IMG/VR virus record: IMGVR_UViG_3300048577_000065
Location: 1-47,830 of that record
Source: a virus
Lineage: Duplodnaviria > Caudoviricetes
Direction: 5' to 3' (one strand)
Length of the DNA: 47,830 nt
Part shown: positions 27,579-35,799 of the stretch, piece by piece
Layout: each line of letters starts with the position of its first letter
Numbering within the stretch: the stretch's first letter is position 1
Notes under the pieces: model-generated
The model's input: only the letters and a program-made list of their open reading frames with translations
What the model was told of the DNA's origin: nothing
The model's database searches: none
Position numbers and translations under genes: made by a program

Positions 27579-28021
27579 GCTCCCCAGCGCTTCTTCGCAC
27601 GCGCCGAAGCGGTGTCAACATCGGCACCACCAGGGACCGACGGCTGCTGGGCACCTCGCGGACCACGGAATTGCGGACGCTTTCCGGTCGCGGCGTCCGG
27701 CAGGCGCATCGCGGCAAGCAGTTGCTTCAGCAGGTTGGCTGTCGCGTTCGCCGTCGAGATCACGTTGTCGAACTTCACCTCGACCAGCACTGTCCGATCG
27801 CCCTCATCGCCCCAGGACTCATGCAGACGGAACCGCATCAGGTCGAGAACACCCTTGCCGTGGATGATCCCGTCGAGCTCGTCGAGGCGATCCTTCGCCC
27901 GGCAAGCCTCCTCGAGTTGCACTAGCTGGCTCGGGTCAAGATCGTCACAGTCGGCGCAGATCGCGCGCCATAGAGCCCGGCCACCCGCCGACAACGAGCG
28001 GGGAGGATTCGGATTCGCCAC
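27575..28021 (-). CDS. Terminase small subunit
   Basis: PPRSLSAGGRALW...LEEACRAKDRLD...LLAAMRLPD; coupled to the large subunit. Confidence 0.8.
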   Translation of the reverse strand: MANPNPPRSLSAGGRALWRAICADCDDLDPSQLVQLEEACRAKDRLDELDGIIHGKGVLDLMRFRLHESWGDEGDRTVLVEVKFDNVISTANATANLLKQLLAAMRLPDAATGKRPQFRGPRGAQQPSVPGGADVDTASARAKKRWGA

Positions 28022-28117
28022 GTTGGCACCTCCTGCGGCATCGCGCCGCGGCAGTGTCGCCGAAGGCCTCGCGCCCCCGACTAGAGGAAAACTCAGGTCC
28101 GCGGACTGCGAGGCACC

Positions 28118-28126
28118 TCACCGGCG
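28118..28126 (-). other. Candidate cos site core CGCCGGTGA
   Basis: Lies in the HNH-terS intergenic gap; resembles 3' overhangs recalled from temperate actinophages (not verified). Confidence 0.4.
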
Positions 28127-28166
28127 GTGTCGGTTCGCGGGTGCTTCGCCCCCTCCCCCAGGGGGG

Positions 28167-28499
28167 TCAGAGGCCGTGTGCTGCCTTGCCGGCCGCCTTG
28201 AGGTTGCAGTGTTCGTGGCTGGGTCCGAGGTAGCCGGTGCGGTCGGCGTTGTGGTCGGGTGACCAGCGTTGGCCGGGTCTGATGGGTTGGTTGCAGCGTG
28301 AGCAGAGGATGGTGAGTCCGGCGTCGACTAGGTGTTGGATGCGGGCTCGTTCGGCTTCGTGCTGGGGGCCGTATCCGCGTTCGGTCTTGGTGCCGCGCGT
28401 CTTGTCTCGCTCGCGTCGGTGTTGGTCGCAGAGTCCGCGGTAGGCGTCGGTGGGGACGAGTGTCGGGCAACCGGGCTTTGCGCAGACCCGTTTGGCCAT
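28167..28499 (-). CDS. Packaging-associated HNH endonuclease
   Basis: CAKPGC...C..H; RGYG; CSRC...DH...H..CN; upstream of terS. Confidence 0.8.
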   Translation of the reverse strand: MAKRVCAKPGCPTLVPTDAYRGLCDQHRRERDKTRGTKTERGYGPQHEAERARIQHLVDAGLTILCSRCNQPIRPGQRWSPDHNADRTGYLGPSHEHCNLKAAGKAAHGL

Positions 28500-28930
28500 C
28501 AGTTCCACACCCCGAGGCTGTACAGGGTGTCGGTGGTGGTGGAGGTGGTTTCGCCGATGAGGTAGGCGAGGTGTTCCTCGGGGGCTGCGCAGTCGGTGCC
28601 GAGGGTGGCTTGTTCGTCGTGGCGGCTGCGGTAGATGCGCAGCGCGAGGTGGACGCATTCGTGGGTGATGATCTCGGTGGTGATGTGGTCCCGGCACAGG
28701 CGCATCGTGCCCGCGTAGCCGTTGCGGTGGTTGGGGGTGGAGTTGCCCCGGTTGTCGACGTGGTACCAGAAGCTGGCGGGTTGGAAGCAGGCGAGGGTGT
28801 CGGGCGGTTGCGGGTCGTCGATGTGGCGGCGGACGGTCATCCGGTCGGCGGCCCGGGCCAGTTCGGTGGGGGTGTCGTGGATGCGGAGCCACCACCAGGT
28901 GGTGTCGTTGTGGCAGATGGCCGACAGCAT
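28499..28930 (-). CDS. HExxH metallopeptidase-like protein
   Basis: IITHECVHLA...EEHLAY. Confidence 0.6.
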   Translation of the reverse strand: MLSAICHNDTTWWWLRIHDTPTELARAADRMTVRRHIDDPQPPDTLACFQPASFWYHVDNRGNSTPNHRNGYAGTMRLCRDHITTEIITHECVHLALRIYRSRHDEQATLGTDCAAPEEHLAYLIGETTSTTTDTLYSLGVWN

Positions 28931-29042
28931 CCCGACCTCCCTGCCTGTCCTCGCCGCCGGCGATCCCGCCCGTCCTCAATGGTGGGCCGGCCGTTGGCCC
29001 TGAGTGATGTGTGGTGCGGTAGCTGCAGCAGCGAGGACGGGG

Positions 29043-29115
29043 AGGACCGCCGAGGACTCGAACCCCGCACCCGCTGCTTACTAGGCAGCCGCTCTACCCG
29101 ATGAGCTAGCGGACC
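29043..29115 (-). tRNA. tRNA with anticodon AGT (Thr codons) and an atypical acceptor stem
   Basis: GGTCCGC TA GCTC ATCGGGTA GAGC G GCTGC CT-AGT-AA GCAGC GGGTG CGGGG TTCGAGT CCTCG GCGGTCC T; full cloverleaf; CCA not encoded. Confidence 0.85.
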
Positions 29116-29122
29116 GTTCATG

Positions 29123-29205
29123 CGGTAGGCCAGAGACTCGAACTCTGGAGCGGTTGCCCGCCAGTCGCTTTCGGGGCGATGTCCTCGACCTGCCGGACGC
29201 CTACC
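29123..29205 (-). tRNA. tRNA-Ser(CGA)-like, non-canonical
   Basis: Acceptor GGTAGGC/GCCTACC, G73, long variable arm GGCGG-GCAA-CCGCT, T arm CAGAG-TTCGAGT-CTCTG, anticodon loop CC-CGA-AA. Confidence 0.75.
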
Positions 29206-29322
29206 TAACAGGTGGACTCTGGGCATGCCACATGTGCCGATTGTCACAGTTGGGGAGAACTACCAACCATCACCGTCAGTGTACGGCATGGCGCCGCCGA
29301 TCTGTTGTAGGTTCCGGACAAG

Positions 29323-30336
29323 TCACGCGCCCATCTCGTCGCGAACCCTGAGCACGTCGAGCGGGTGGTAGAGATGACGCTTGCCGCGCTTCATCACCTG
29401 CCCCTGCTCATCCAGGGCGGGACCTAGTTCGCCGCGCTCCACCCATTTGCGGATGCGCTCGGAGGACACTCCGGCCCAGCCGAAGCTCTGGGAGTCCATC
29501 GGCTGCTCGGTGGCGAGCGCCTGCCGGTGGTCCATCTGGCCGTCCCGTACCTGCCGGCCGCAGTTGGGGCAGGTGAAGTAGGCGCCCTCGTCCCGCATCC
29601 GCTGGCGGCGGATGTCGGTGGAGCAGCCGGTGCACAGCGGCCGGTACTCGGGCCTCCCCTCGCCGATGATGCGCTTGAGGTCGCGGTGCATCCGGTGGAC
29701 GTCCTCGGCGAGCTCGTCGGACCATTGCTGCTGGGCGATCCAGTCCAGGTGCATCGACAGCCAGCCAGCCTCGGTGGTGATGGTGGCAGTCTCCACGAAC
29801 CCGGCCCAGCAGTCGCCACGAGAGTCGACCACCCACACGTCCCGCTTGCCCGCCGGTTCGGTGTGGGCGGCGAGGGCTTCGTCCATCTCCTCGACGCAGA
29901 TCCGGACCCAGTCGCCCAGGTTGCGCAGGATGCCCTCCCGGGCGCCTTTGGCGTCGACAGACAGCCGCAGCACCTCGTCGGTGTCGCGTGACCAGGCGGG
30001 GGGCTTGCCGTCCACGTTGTGGGTGTCCTTGCCCTGCTGGCGGGCCGCCCATGTCTCGAGCTGCACCGCGTCGGCCATGTCGTCGCCGGAGGTGGCGATC
30101 GTGTCCGCCCCGGACCCGGCGTAGCGGCCTTGCCGTTTCGGGCGGGCATCGAGGGTGTCGATCAGCCCGAGGCTCACGGGCGGTCTGGATCCGGGGTGGG
30201 GGCGGCTGCCACCGTGGCCGCCGCGGCGGGGCAGCAGGGTGTCGGCGACCACCTGGGCGAGCGCGGCCAGTTCGGGCAGGGTGTCGAGCCACCGCTTGAG
30301 CCGGTCGCGCCGCTTGGGGTCCAGGAAGTCCGTCAC
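29323..30336 (-). CDS. Putative late transcriptional regulator (Zn ribbon plus C-terminal HTH)
   Basis: CTGC...CPNCG and VSSERIRKWVERG.L; last early gene before the packaging module. Confidence 0.65.
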   Translation of the reverse strand: MTDFLDPKRRDRLKRWLDTLPELAALAQVVADTLLPRRGGHGGSRPHPGSRPPVSLGLIDTLDARPKRQGRYAGSGADTIATSGDDMADAVQLETWAARQQGKDTHNVDGKPPAWSRDTDEVLRLSVDAKGAREGILRNLGDWVRICVEEMDEALAAHTEPAGKRDVWVVDSRGDCWAGFVETATITTEAGWLSMHLDWIAQQQWSDELAEDVHRMHRDLKRIIGEGRPEYRPLCTGCSTDIRRQRMRDEGAYFTCPNCGRQVRDGQMDHRQALATEQPMDSQSFGWAGVSSERIRKWVERGELGPALDEQGQVMKRGKRHLYHPLDVLRVRDEMGA

Positions 30337-30461
30337 GGCTGCTCCTCGGGGTCGGGTCGGTCTCGGTGTTCGCGGTTGCGGGCGGCGATCCGCTGCCAGT
30401 CCCGGATCTCGCGCGCCCTCTTGGCTTCACGGACGCGGCGGTTGGGATTCGGGCGGGTCAT
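30333..30461 (-). CDS. 42-aa basic hypothetical protein
   Basis: MTRPNPNRRVREAKR...; stop overlaps the next start. Confidence 0.45.
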   Translation of the reverse strand: MTRPNPNRRVREAKRAREIRDWQRIAARNREHRDRPDPEEQP

Positions 30462-30537
30462 GCGTCCACCAGCCCGGGGTTGAGCTTGCGACTGCGTGCC
30501 GACTTCTGGCGGCATTCGGGCGAGCAGACGGGCTCGC

Positions 30538-30939
30538 TCATCGCTGGGCCTCCACTCGGTGGCAGGGGCAGGCGATCGGCAGCAGCGGGTGAGGGGTTAC
30601 CGGTGCGATCACCGGCCCCTCGTCACAGGACACCGACACCGGTATGCGCGGGAACGTGGCACCCTCATCGCACTGGACGGTCTCCCAGCCACCTTCGTCC
30701 ACCCATTCGACCGCCCAGCAGTCCCCGGCCACCCAGTCGATGTCCGGATCGCCCAGGGTCCACGACTCGCGCTCATCGGCGGACGGGGCGACCGCCGCTT
30801 CCCGATCAACCGTGCGGAAGACGGGATCGCTGAACACCCGGAGAGCGAGGTCGTTGCTGCCGTTGTCGATACCGATCCGCACGGCGAGCCGCATCCGCAT
30901 GAAGTCGCTCTCGATGGCGACTCGGTACCGGGCGCTCAT
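30538..30939 (-). CDS. Hypothetical protein (133 aa)
   Basis: ATGA overlap, AAGGAG RBS. Confidence 0.55.
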   Translation of the reverse strand: MSARYRVAIESDFMRMRLAVRIGIDNGSNDLALRVFSDPVFRTVDREAAVAPSADERESWTLGDPDIDWVAGDCWAVEWVDEGGWETVQCDEGATFPRIPVSVSCDEGPVIAPVTPHPLLPIACPCHRVEAQR

Positions 30940-31316
30940 CGCCCGGTCTCCTTGCGTCCCCAGTTGGGGCAGCCGATAGCGTGCGGCTCGACGCCGGCCG
31001 GGGCCGTGTAGGCCGCGGCGCGTTCGGCGGGGTTCTGCACCCGGCACGTGCAGCGTCGGGCTTCCTCGGCGGCTCGTTCGTGTTCCTCGATCTCGCGGAG
31101 TCGGCCGGCTCCTTCGATGGCGTCGGCGAGGGCTCGGAGGTCTGCGGCGAGGGCGTCGAAGTCGATGCGGAGATGGATCGAGGTGGTTGCGGTCTTCTGC
31201 ACTCGGGCAGGCTCGGGATCGGGGATCCTCAACGGGGTGTCCTGGAAGGGGCCAAGCTCGCCTTTCTCTGTGAGGAAGCGCTCTGGGTCAGATGAGGCTG
31301 GGGTGAAGATGGGCAT
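30936..31316 (-). CDS. Hypothetical protein (126 aa)
   Basis: MPIFTPASSD...CTC...HAIGCP; GGAG RBS. Confidence 0.55.
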   Translation of the reverse strand: MPIFTPASSDPERFLTEKGELGPFQDTPLRIPDPEPARVQKTATTSIHLRIDFDALAADLRALADAIEGAGRLREIEEHERAAEEARRCTCRVQNPAERAAAYTAPAGVEPHAIGCPNWGRKETGR

Positions 31317-31441
31317 GGCGGTTCTCCGTTCGGGCGTGGGTTGGGGACCGCGGGCGGGTGTGCGCGCGGTCTGTAGTTGGCTTTCAGGACTTGAGTTCTG
31401 TGGTGAGCACTGGATGAGTCGGGTACGGGTTCCGAGAACAA

Positions 31442-31558
31442 ACACCCCCCTCTGGGGGGTGTGCGTTAGTGGGGGGAAAACGGGTCGGGTCGGGTCGGGT
31501 CGGGTCGGGGTGCCGTGACTCGCGCGTGAGTCACGCGTGACAATCTGGTGACCGTCAC
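31442..31558. other. Candidate replication origin: hairpin, (CGGGT)5 tandem and GTGAC/GTCAC iteron-like palindromes
   Basis: ACACCCCCC-TCT-GGGGGGTGT 31442-31462; (CGGGT)5 31481-31505; GTGACTC..GAGTCAC 31515-31534; GTCACGCGTGAC 31530-31541; GTGACCGTCAC 31548-31558. Confidence 0.55.
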
Positions 31559-31944
31559 GTCTCTGGAGGCGGTTCCTCCTGTGACATTCGGCGTCGCTCA
31601 CGCGACTTCCTCTGGCGTTCCCGGGCGGCCTTCCGGTCCTGCTCGATTTCCTCGGCCGTGGGCTGGAAGTCCGACCAGTCGTGGAAGTACCAGCCGCCCG
31701 TCCGGCGGGTGGTGAGCTTGCACGGGCACTTGTCCTGGGCGCGGTGCCAGAGGCCGACCTCGACGAGCTTGTCGGCGAGCCGCCGGTCGGATGCGGTCGT
31801 GATCTCGGTATCCGGCACGAAGCCGTCGAGCTTGTACGCCGACGAGTAGGCCCCGCAGACCGTCCACAGCCCGACGGCGGCGCGTCCGGCCGCCTTCGGC
31901 TTCGGGTGGCTGTGGAACGCATCATCCACCTTGAACCAGGCCAT
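31555..31944 (-). CDS. RepA-like replication initiator, N-terminal domain only (short or frameshifted)
   Basis: MAWFKVDDAFHSHPK...GLW...DGFVP...LVEVGLW...FHDWSDFQP...RERQ. Confidence 0.75.
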   Translation of the reverse strand: MAWFKVDDAFHSHPKPKAAGRAAVGLWTVCGAYSSAYKLDGFVPDTEITTASDRRLADKLVEVGLWHRAQDKCPCKLTTRRTGGWYFHDWSDFQPTAEEIEQDRKAARERQRKSRERRRMSQEEPPPET

Positions 31945-31945
31945 G

Positions 31946-32806
31946 TCAGGCCACCTTCTGGGCTCGGAGCCTGTCGGCGATCCGGCCGTGTCCGCCCCGC
32001 TTGAGGACGGACGCGAGGCTGTCGTAGTCGGCATAGCCGAGCCGGCGTGCGATGTTCTCGGCGTTGTCGGTGCCGATCATCAGTTCGACCTCCTCGGCGG
32101 TTTCCGCGCTGTCGCGTTTCGGTCTCACTGCGGTGGCGCGGGGCGTGGCGGCCGGATCGTCGATCTTGGCGTCGTCCCATCGGTCCGGGGGTGGCCAGCC
32201 GTTGCGTTGGGCGTCGTTGCGTGCCCTGGCGATGGCTTGGGCGTGGTAGCGGTTCTCTACGGGTGGGGTGCGGTGTCGTAGCCGTTCGTAGAGCACGACT
32301 ACGGCTGCCCGGGTGGTCGCGTACACGCCGTCGGCGTGGAGCAGCCGCCAGGCGGTGCGGACGTCGGTGCCCAGTTCGTGGGCGAGGGCGGTCGAGGTGA
32401 AGCCGAGGGCGTGGAGTGCTTGCAGGCGTCGGCGGGTTCCGGTGCCGTCCACGCGTCCTCGCTTCTGTTCGTCGAGGGGTGCTGCTTCGACCGCGAGGAG
32501 TGCTCTGGCGTGGCGGCGGTTGATGGTCGGGTGGGTGCGGTTGGCGACGCGTCGCACGGTGTCGTGCCAGACGCCGGCGGCGGTGGCGATCTCGGTCACG
32601 GACATCGTCCGGCGGAGGTTGTTGACGTGCTGGGCGATGGGCTCGATCGGCACCTGTTCGCGGTGCCCGGTCGCGTTCAGGTGGCGGCGGCGCTTGACTT
32701 GCCGGGCGCGTTGGGCGGTGCAGTCGTCGCAGCGGCATCCGCAGTTGGCCCAGCAGCTTGGGCAGGGTTCGGGGTGCCGGTTGGTGGTGCAGTGGTGTTC
32801 GGTCAT
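31946..32806 (-). CDS. HTH DNA-binding protein with N-terminal Cys cluster
   Basis: GCRCDDC; SVTEIATAAGV; GTRRRLQALHALGF; GWPPP..WDD..IDDP. Confidence 0.7.
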   Translation of the reverse strand: MTEHHCTTNRHPEPCPSCWANCGCRCDDCTAQRARQVKRRRHLNATGHREQVPIEPIAQHVNNLRRTMSVTEIATAAGVWHDTVRRVANRTHPTINRRHARALLAVEAAPLDEQKRGRVDGTGTRRRLQALHALGFTSTALAHELGTDVRTAWRLLHADGVYATTRAAVVVLYERLRHRTPPVENRYHAQAIARARNDAQRNGWPPPDRWDDAKIDDPAATPRATAVRPKRDSAETAEEVELMIGTDNAENIARRLGYADYDSLASVLKRGGHGRIADRLRAQKVA

Positions 32807-32808
32807 GG

Positions 32809-34416
32809 TCAGTCCCGGTAGGTGAGGAATCGGTCGATGCAGATGCGGAGGGCTGCGGCTGCTTGTTGTGGGCAGACGCCGTTCCCTGCGAGCCGCAGGG
32901 CTTCGTTGTCGGTCACGCCCGGCACGGCGGAGAACCACCCGGCGGGGGCGCCCATCATCCATTCGGCGAATGCTGGGTTGAGCCGGGGGTTGCCGCTGCG
33001 GCCGGGTTTGGTCGGTGGCGGTGCGGGTCGGGTGAGGTGTTCCCAGCGGGTGATCGCCGGGCCGTACGGCCCCCATGCTTGGTGGCTGGCGATGCCCTTG
33101 AGGAGCAGTTCGTCGCCGCACTCGCCCCCTCGTCGTTCGTGTCCTCCCATGCTGTCAGCCACCGAGGGTGTGGGCAGGAGGTTGGTGACGATGCCGGACA
33201 GCGGCGGGCGGACGGCAGCGCCGGGGCTGGCCGATCGGTTGGTCCGTTCGGCGACGGTCGGGGTGGGCAGCAACGCCCCGATGAGGGTGTCGTTGCCTCG
33301 CCCATAGGTGGGCGACGTCCGATCGCCGTCCGATGCGGCAGGCGTCGGGAGGAGCGCGACGGTCTCGGTGTTGGATCCACCTCGTGTCGCTCTCGGTGTC
33401 GGGAGCAGGCTGTGGCGCGGGTTCTCCCGGGTGCCCATCTCGGTTCGCACGACGGCGTCGGTCAGGGTGACGTTGGCCGACGAGTTCCCCCCGGACGCTT
33501 CGGAGTCCTGCGCGGTCACCGTCGGAAGTAGCAGCGCACCAACGACATGGGACAGGTACTCCTGGCCCGGCGACTGCCGCGGCCCAACCCACGCCTTCTC
33601 GCCTTCGTTGGCCATCGGCGTGGGCAGAAGCGCTATAGGTGCTCGATCACGTCCTGCAGGCTCACCGAGTGCCCTTCCTCGCGCCCCTTCTCGGGTGCTT
33701 GCGAACCGCCGTTGGAGCCAAGATTGGCCTCGGGCGTCGGCAGCAAGGACGAAGTAGCGGAGCCGGCCGTGAGGAGCCCCAACGTCGGCAGCGCGAAGGC
33801 TGTACCACGCCGCGTCATACCCGAGGTCGGCCAGGTCTCCGAGAACACGTCCGAGTGCTCGGAGAGCAGGCTTTGGGTAGGCGATTCCCACACGTCCCGC
33901 TCGCTGTTCCATGAGGCGAAGGGCTGCGCGGCGGTGCCGCGCTTCGGTCGGGGCATCGTTGGTCTCCTGTGCGACGGTGAGGTGGTGGGTGATGGCGTTG
34001 TCGAGGTGGTCGGGCAGGCTCGCGGACGCTGCCTTCGCGGAGCGGGCCGCGCCGACGTTCTCCCAGACGACGAACATGGGCCGGAGGGTGGCGATCGCCT
34101 TGCGCATCTCCACCCAGAGGTTCGACCGGGTGCCTTCGACCATTCCGGCCTGTCGGCCGGCGGTGCTGATGTCCTGGCAGGGCGAGCCGCCGCTGATGAG
34201 TTCCACGTCCTCGACGGCGTGCCAGTCGATGCGGGTGATATCGCCGAGGTTGGGCACGTCGGGGTAGCGGAACGCGAGCACCTTGTCGGGGCCCGACTCG
34301 ATGTCGGACACCCACACGGTGCGGGCCCCGAACACCTGCTCGATCGCGAGGCCGAGCCCTTCGTAGCCGCTGAACAGCGAGCCGTGGCGGAGCCTCTCGT
34401 TGAGGTTGACGGTCAT
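32809..34416 (-). CDS. DNA (cytosine-5) methyltransferase with six LLPT(P/V) repeats
   Basis: SLFSGYEG (I), GDIT, GGSPCQD (IV), WENV (VI), H.R.R (VIII), LNPAFAEWMMG (IX), AGNGV (X). Confidence 0.9.
   Translation of the reverse strand: MTVNLNERLRHGSLFSGYEGLGLAIEQVFGARTVWVSDIESGPDKVLAFRYPDVPNLGDITRIDWHAVEDVELISGGSPCQDISTAGRQAGMVEGTRSNLWVEMRKAIATLRPMFVVWENVGAARSAKAASASLPDHLDNAITHHLTVAQETNDAPTEARHRRAALRLMEQRAGRVGIAYPKPALRALGRVLGDLADLGYDAAWYSLRAADVGAPHGRLRYFVLAADARGQSWLQRRFASTREGARGRALGEPAGRDRAPIALLPTPMANEGEKAWVGPRQSPGQEYLSHVVGALLLPTVTAQDSEASGGNSSANVTLTDAVVRTEMGTRENPRHSLLPTPRATRGGSNTETVALLPTPAASDGDRTSPTYGRGNDTLIGALLPTPTVAERTNRSASPGAAVRPPLSGIVTNLLPTPSVADSMGGHERRGGECGDELLLKGIASHQAWGPYGPAITRWEHLTRPAPPPTKPGRSGNPRLNPAFAEWMMGAPAGWFSAVPGVTDNEALRLAGNGVCPQQAAAALRICIDRFLTYRD
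33633..33956 (-). CDS. 107-aa alternative-frame gene nested in the C5 methyltransferase
   Basis: Own RBS (AGGAG, 7 nt before ATG); ends in a seventh LLPTP repeat. Confidence 0.65.
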   Translation of the reverse strand: MPRPKRGTAAQPFASWNSERDVWESPTQSLLSEHSDVFSETWPTSGMTRRGTAFALPTLGLLTAGSATSSLLPTPEANLGSNGGSQAPEKGREEGHSVSLQDVIEHL

Positions 34417-35114
34417 GCGGTTACTCCGAAGTCGAGGGTGTCTTGGGAGAGGCGTCGGGCCGCGAGTGCGCAGTAGCGCTCCTCGAGCTCCACACCGATG
34501 GCGCGGCGGCCGGACGCCTTGGCGGCGACCAACGTGGAGCCGGACCCGGCGAACGGGTCGGCGATCACGCCCGGGGGCGCTGCGGCGAGCAGCACCTCCA
34601 TGAGGTCGGTCGGCTTCGGCGTCGGGTGGCCGACGCGGGCGACGAGCCCGTTCGGGTTGCCCATCGCGTGCGTGGTGCGGATCACCGAGCCGCGGCGGGC
34701 GCCCTGCTTGGCCCACCGGCCGCCGAGGTAGATGTCCTCGTGGCTGGTGCCGAACGCGCTGCCGAGGTCGCCCATGCCGGGGCCGGTGCCGTCGGTCTTG
34801 TCCCAGATCAGAACCTGGGTGGTCCCGGCGGGCCGGTCGGCTTTCCAGGTGCCGAACATGAGCCAGGGGCGCTGCTCGCCCCAGAGCGCGAGCGCGGCGT
34901 CGCGAGTCTCGGTGGTGTCGTCGTTCGCGATCGGGGTCGATCGGCCCTTGACCATCGAGGACACGTAGGCCATGCCGTACGGCGGGTCGGTGACCAGCAC
35001 GTCGGCGGAGAGCCACTCGAGCACCTCGAGGCAACTGCCGTGCCAGAGGGTGACGAACTCGTCGGCGTAGTAGGGCCCGGTCATGCGAGGAGGCTCTGCT
35101 GGATCGGCTGTCAT
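34413..35114 (-). CDS. N6-adenine/N4-cytosine DNA methyltransferase (beta class)
   Basis: TDPPY precedes HPTPKP and DPFAGSGST; GGAGGAG RBS before ATG 35114. Confidence 0.9.
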   Translation of the reverse strand: MTADPAEPPRMTGPYYADEFVTLWHGSCLEVLEWLSADVLVTDPPYGMAYVSSMVKGRSTPIANDDTTETRDAALALWGEQRPWLMFGTWKADRPAGTTQVLIWDKTDGTGPGMGDLGSAFGTSHEDIYLGGRWAKQGARRGSVIRTTHAMGNPNGLVARVGHPTPKPTDLMEVLLAAAPPGVIADPFAGSGSTLVAAKASGRRAIGVELEERYCALAARRLSQDTLDFGVTA

Positions 35115-35188
35115 GGGGGATCTGGTCTCCTCCGGGCATGGGAACGGCCCCGTCCTCCGGGGTGGAGGCGGGGCCGTTCGCGGGTGTT

Positions 35189-35422
35189 CTAGACGAGCGC
35201 GCCGGGTGGCGCGGGCGGGGTTGGCAGGCAGGCCGGGCAGCGGTCGCGCCGGGTGGGGTCGTTGGCCCGCTTGGTGGGGTGCTGGCCGGCAGCGAGGTAG
35301 GCGACAAGCCAGCCGTGCCGCTCGGCGTCGCGGCGTGCACCGGCTCCGGTGGTGCACGGGGTCGGGAGCTTCCGTCCGCACGAGTCGCAGACGACGACCA
35401 CGCCGGCTTGCTGGAGGCTCAC
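35189..35422 (-). CDS. 77-aa zinc-finger protein
   Basis: VCDSCG...HGW...DRCPAC; GTGA overlap. Confidence 0.6.
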   Translation of the reverse strand: MSLQQAGVVVVCDSCGRKLPTPCTTGAGARRDAERHGWLVAYLAAGQHPTKRANDPTRRDRCPACLPTPPAPPGALV

Positions 35423-35799
35423 GATGGCTCCCCTTCGAAGGTCAGCACGATCCGGTAGAACCCGGGCTGGTGGGTCGGTTCGCCGCGGCGGAACGCGACG
35501 ACGGGGAGGTGCTGGGCGTCGTCGTCGGGCAGCAGCCCGGCGTCCACGCAGCCGTCGATGAGCGCCTTGACGGTCGGGGCCGCGTTGGCGGGGTCTTGGC
35601 GGCGGGTCTGCGGGTAGTGGACGGTCGCGGTCACGTCGGCGAGCCGCAGCCCGACGGCTTCGCGCTTGCGGATCGCGGAGAGCGTGACCAGTCGGGCGGC
35701 CTCGCGGAGCGCCCGGGTGCGTCGTGACTTGTCGGCCCAGTGCAGCCGCCCGTTCGCGGTGAGCCACAACGGGGCCGGAACCCCGAACGTGAGGCTCAC
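35419..35799 (-). CDS. RusA-like Holliday junction resolvase
   Basis: RRQDPANAAPTVKALIDGCVDAGLLPDDD catalytic pattern. Confidence 0.8.
   Translation of the reverse strand: MSLTFGVPAPLWLTANGRLHWADKSRRTRALREAARLVTLSAIRKREAVGLRLADVTATVHYPQTRRQDPANAAPTVKALIDGCVDAGLLPDDDAQHLPVVAFRRGEPTHQPGFYRIVLTFEGEPS

Noticed and set aside
29043-29115. Amber suppressor tRNA (CTA visible on the plus strand)
   Set aside because: The cloverleaf is on the minus strand and the centred anticodon is AGT
30458-30541. 27-codon ORF MSEPVCSPECRQKSARSRKLNPGLVDA bridging two genes
   Set aside because: Has start/stop overlaps but is too short to support; may be a gene remnant
32809-35340. 843-aa methyltransferase ORF as given in the track
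   Set aside because: The N-terminal part is the off-frame shadow of the amino-methyltransferase; motif I starts just after ATG 34416
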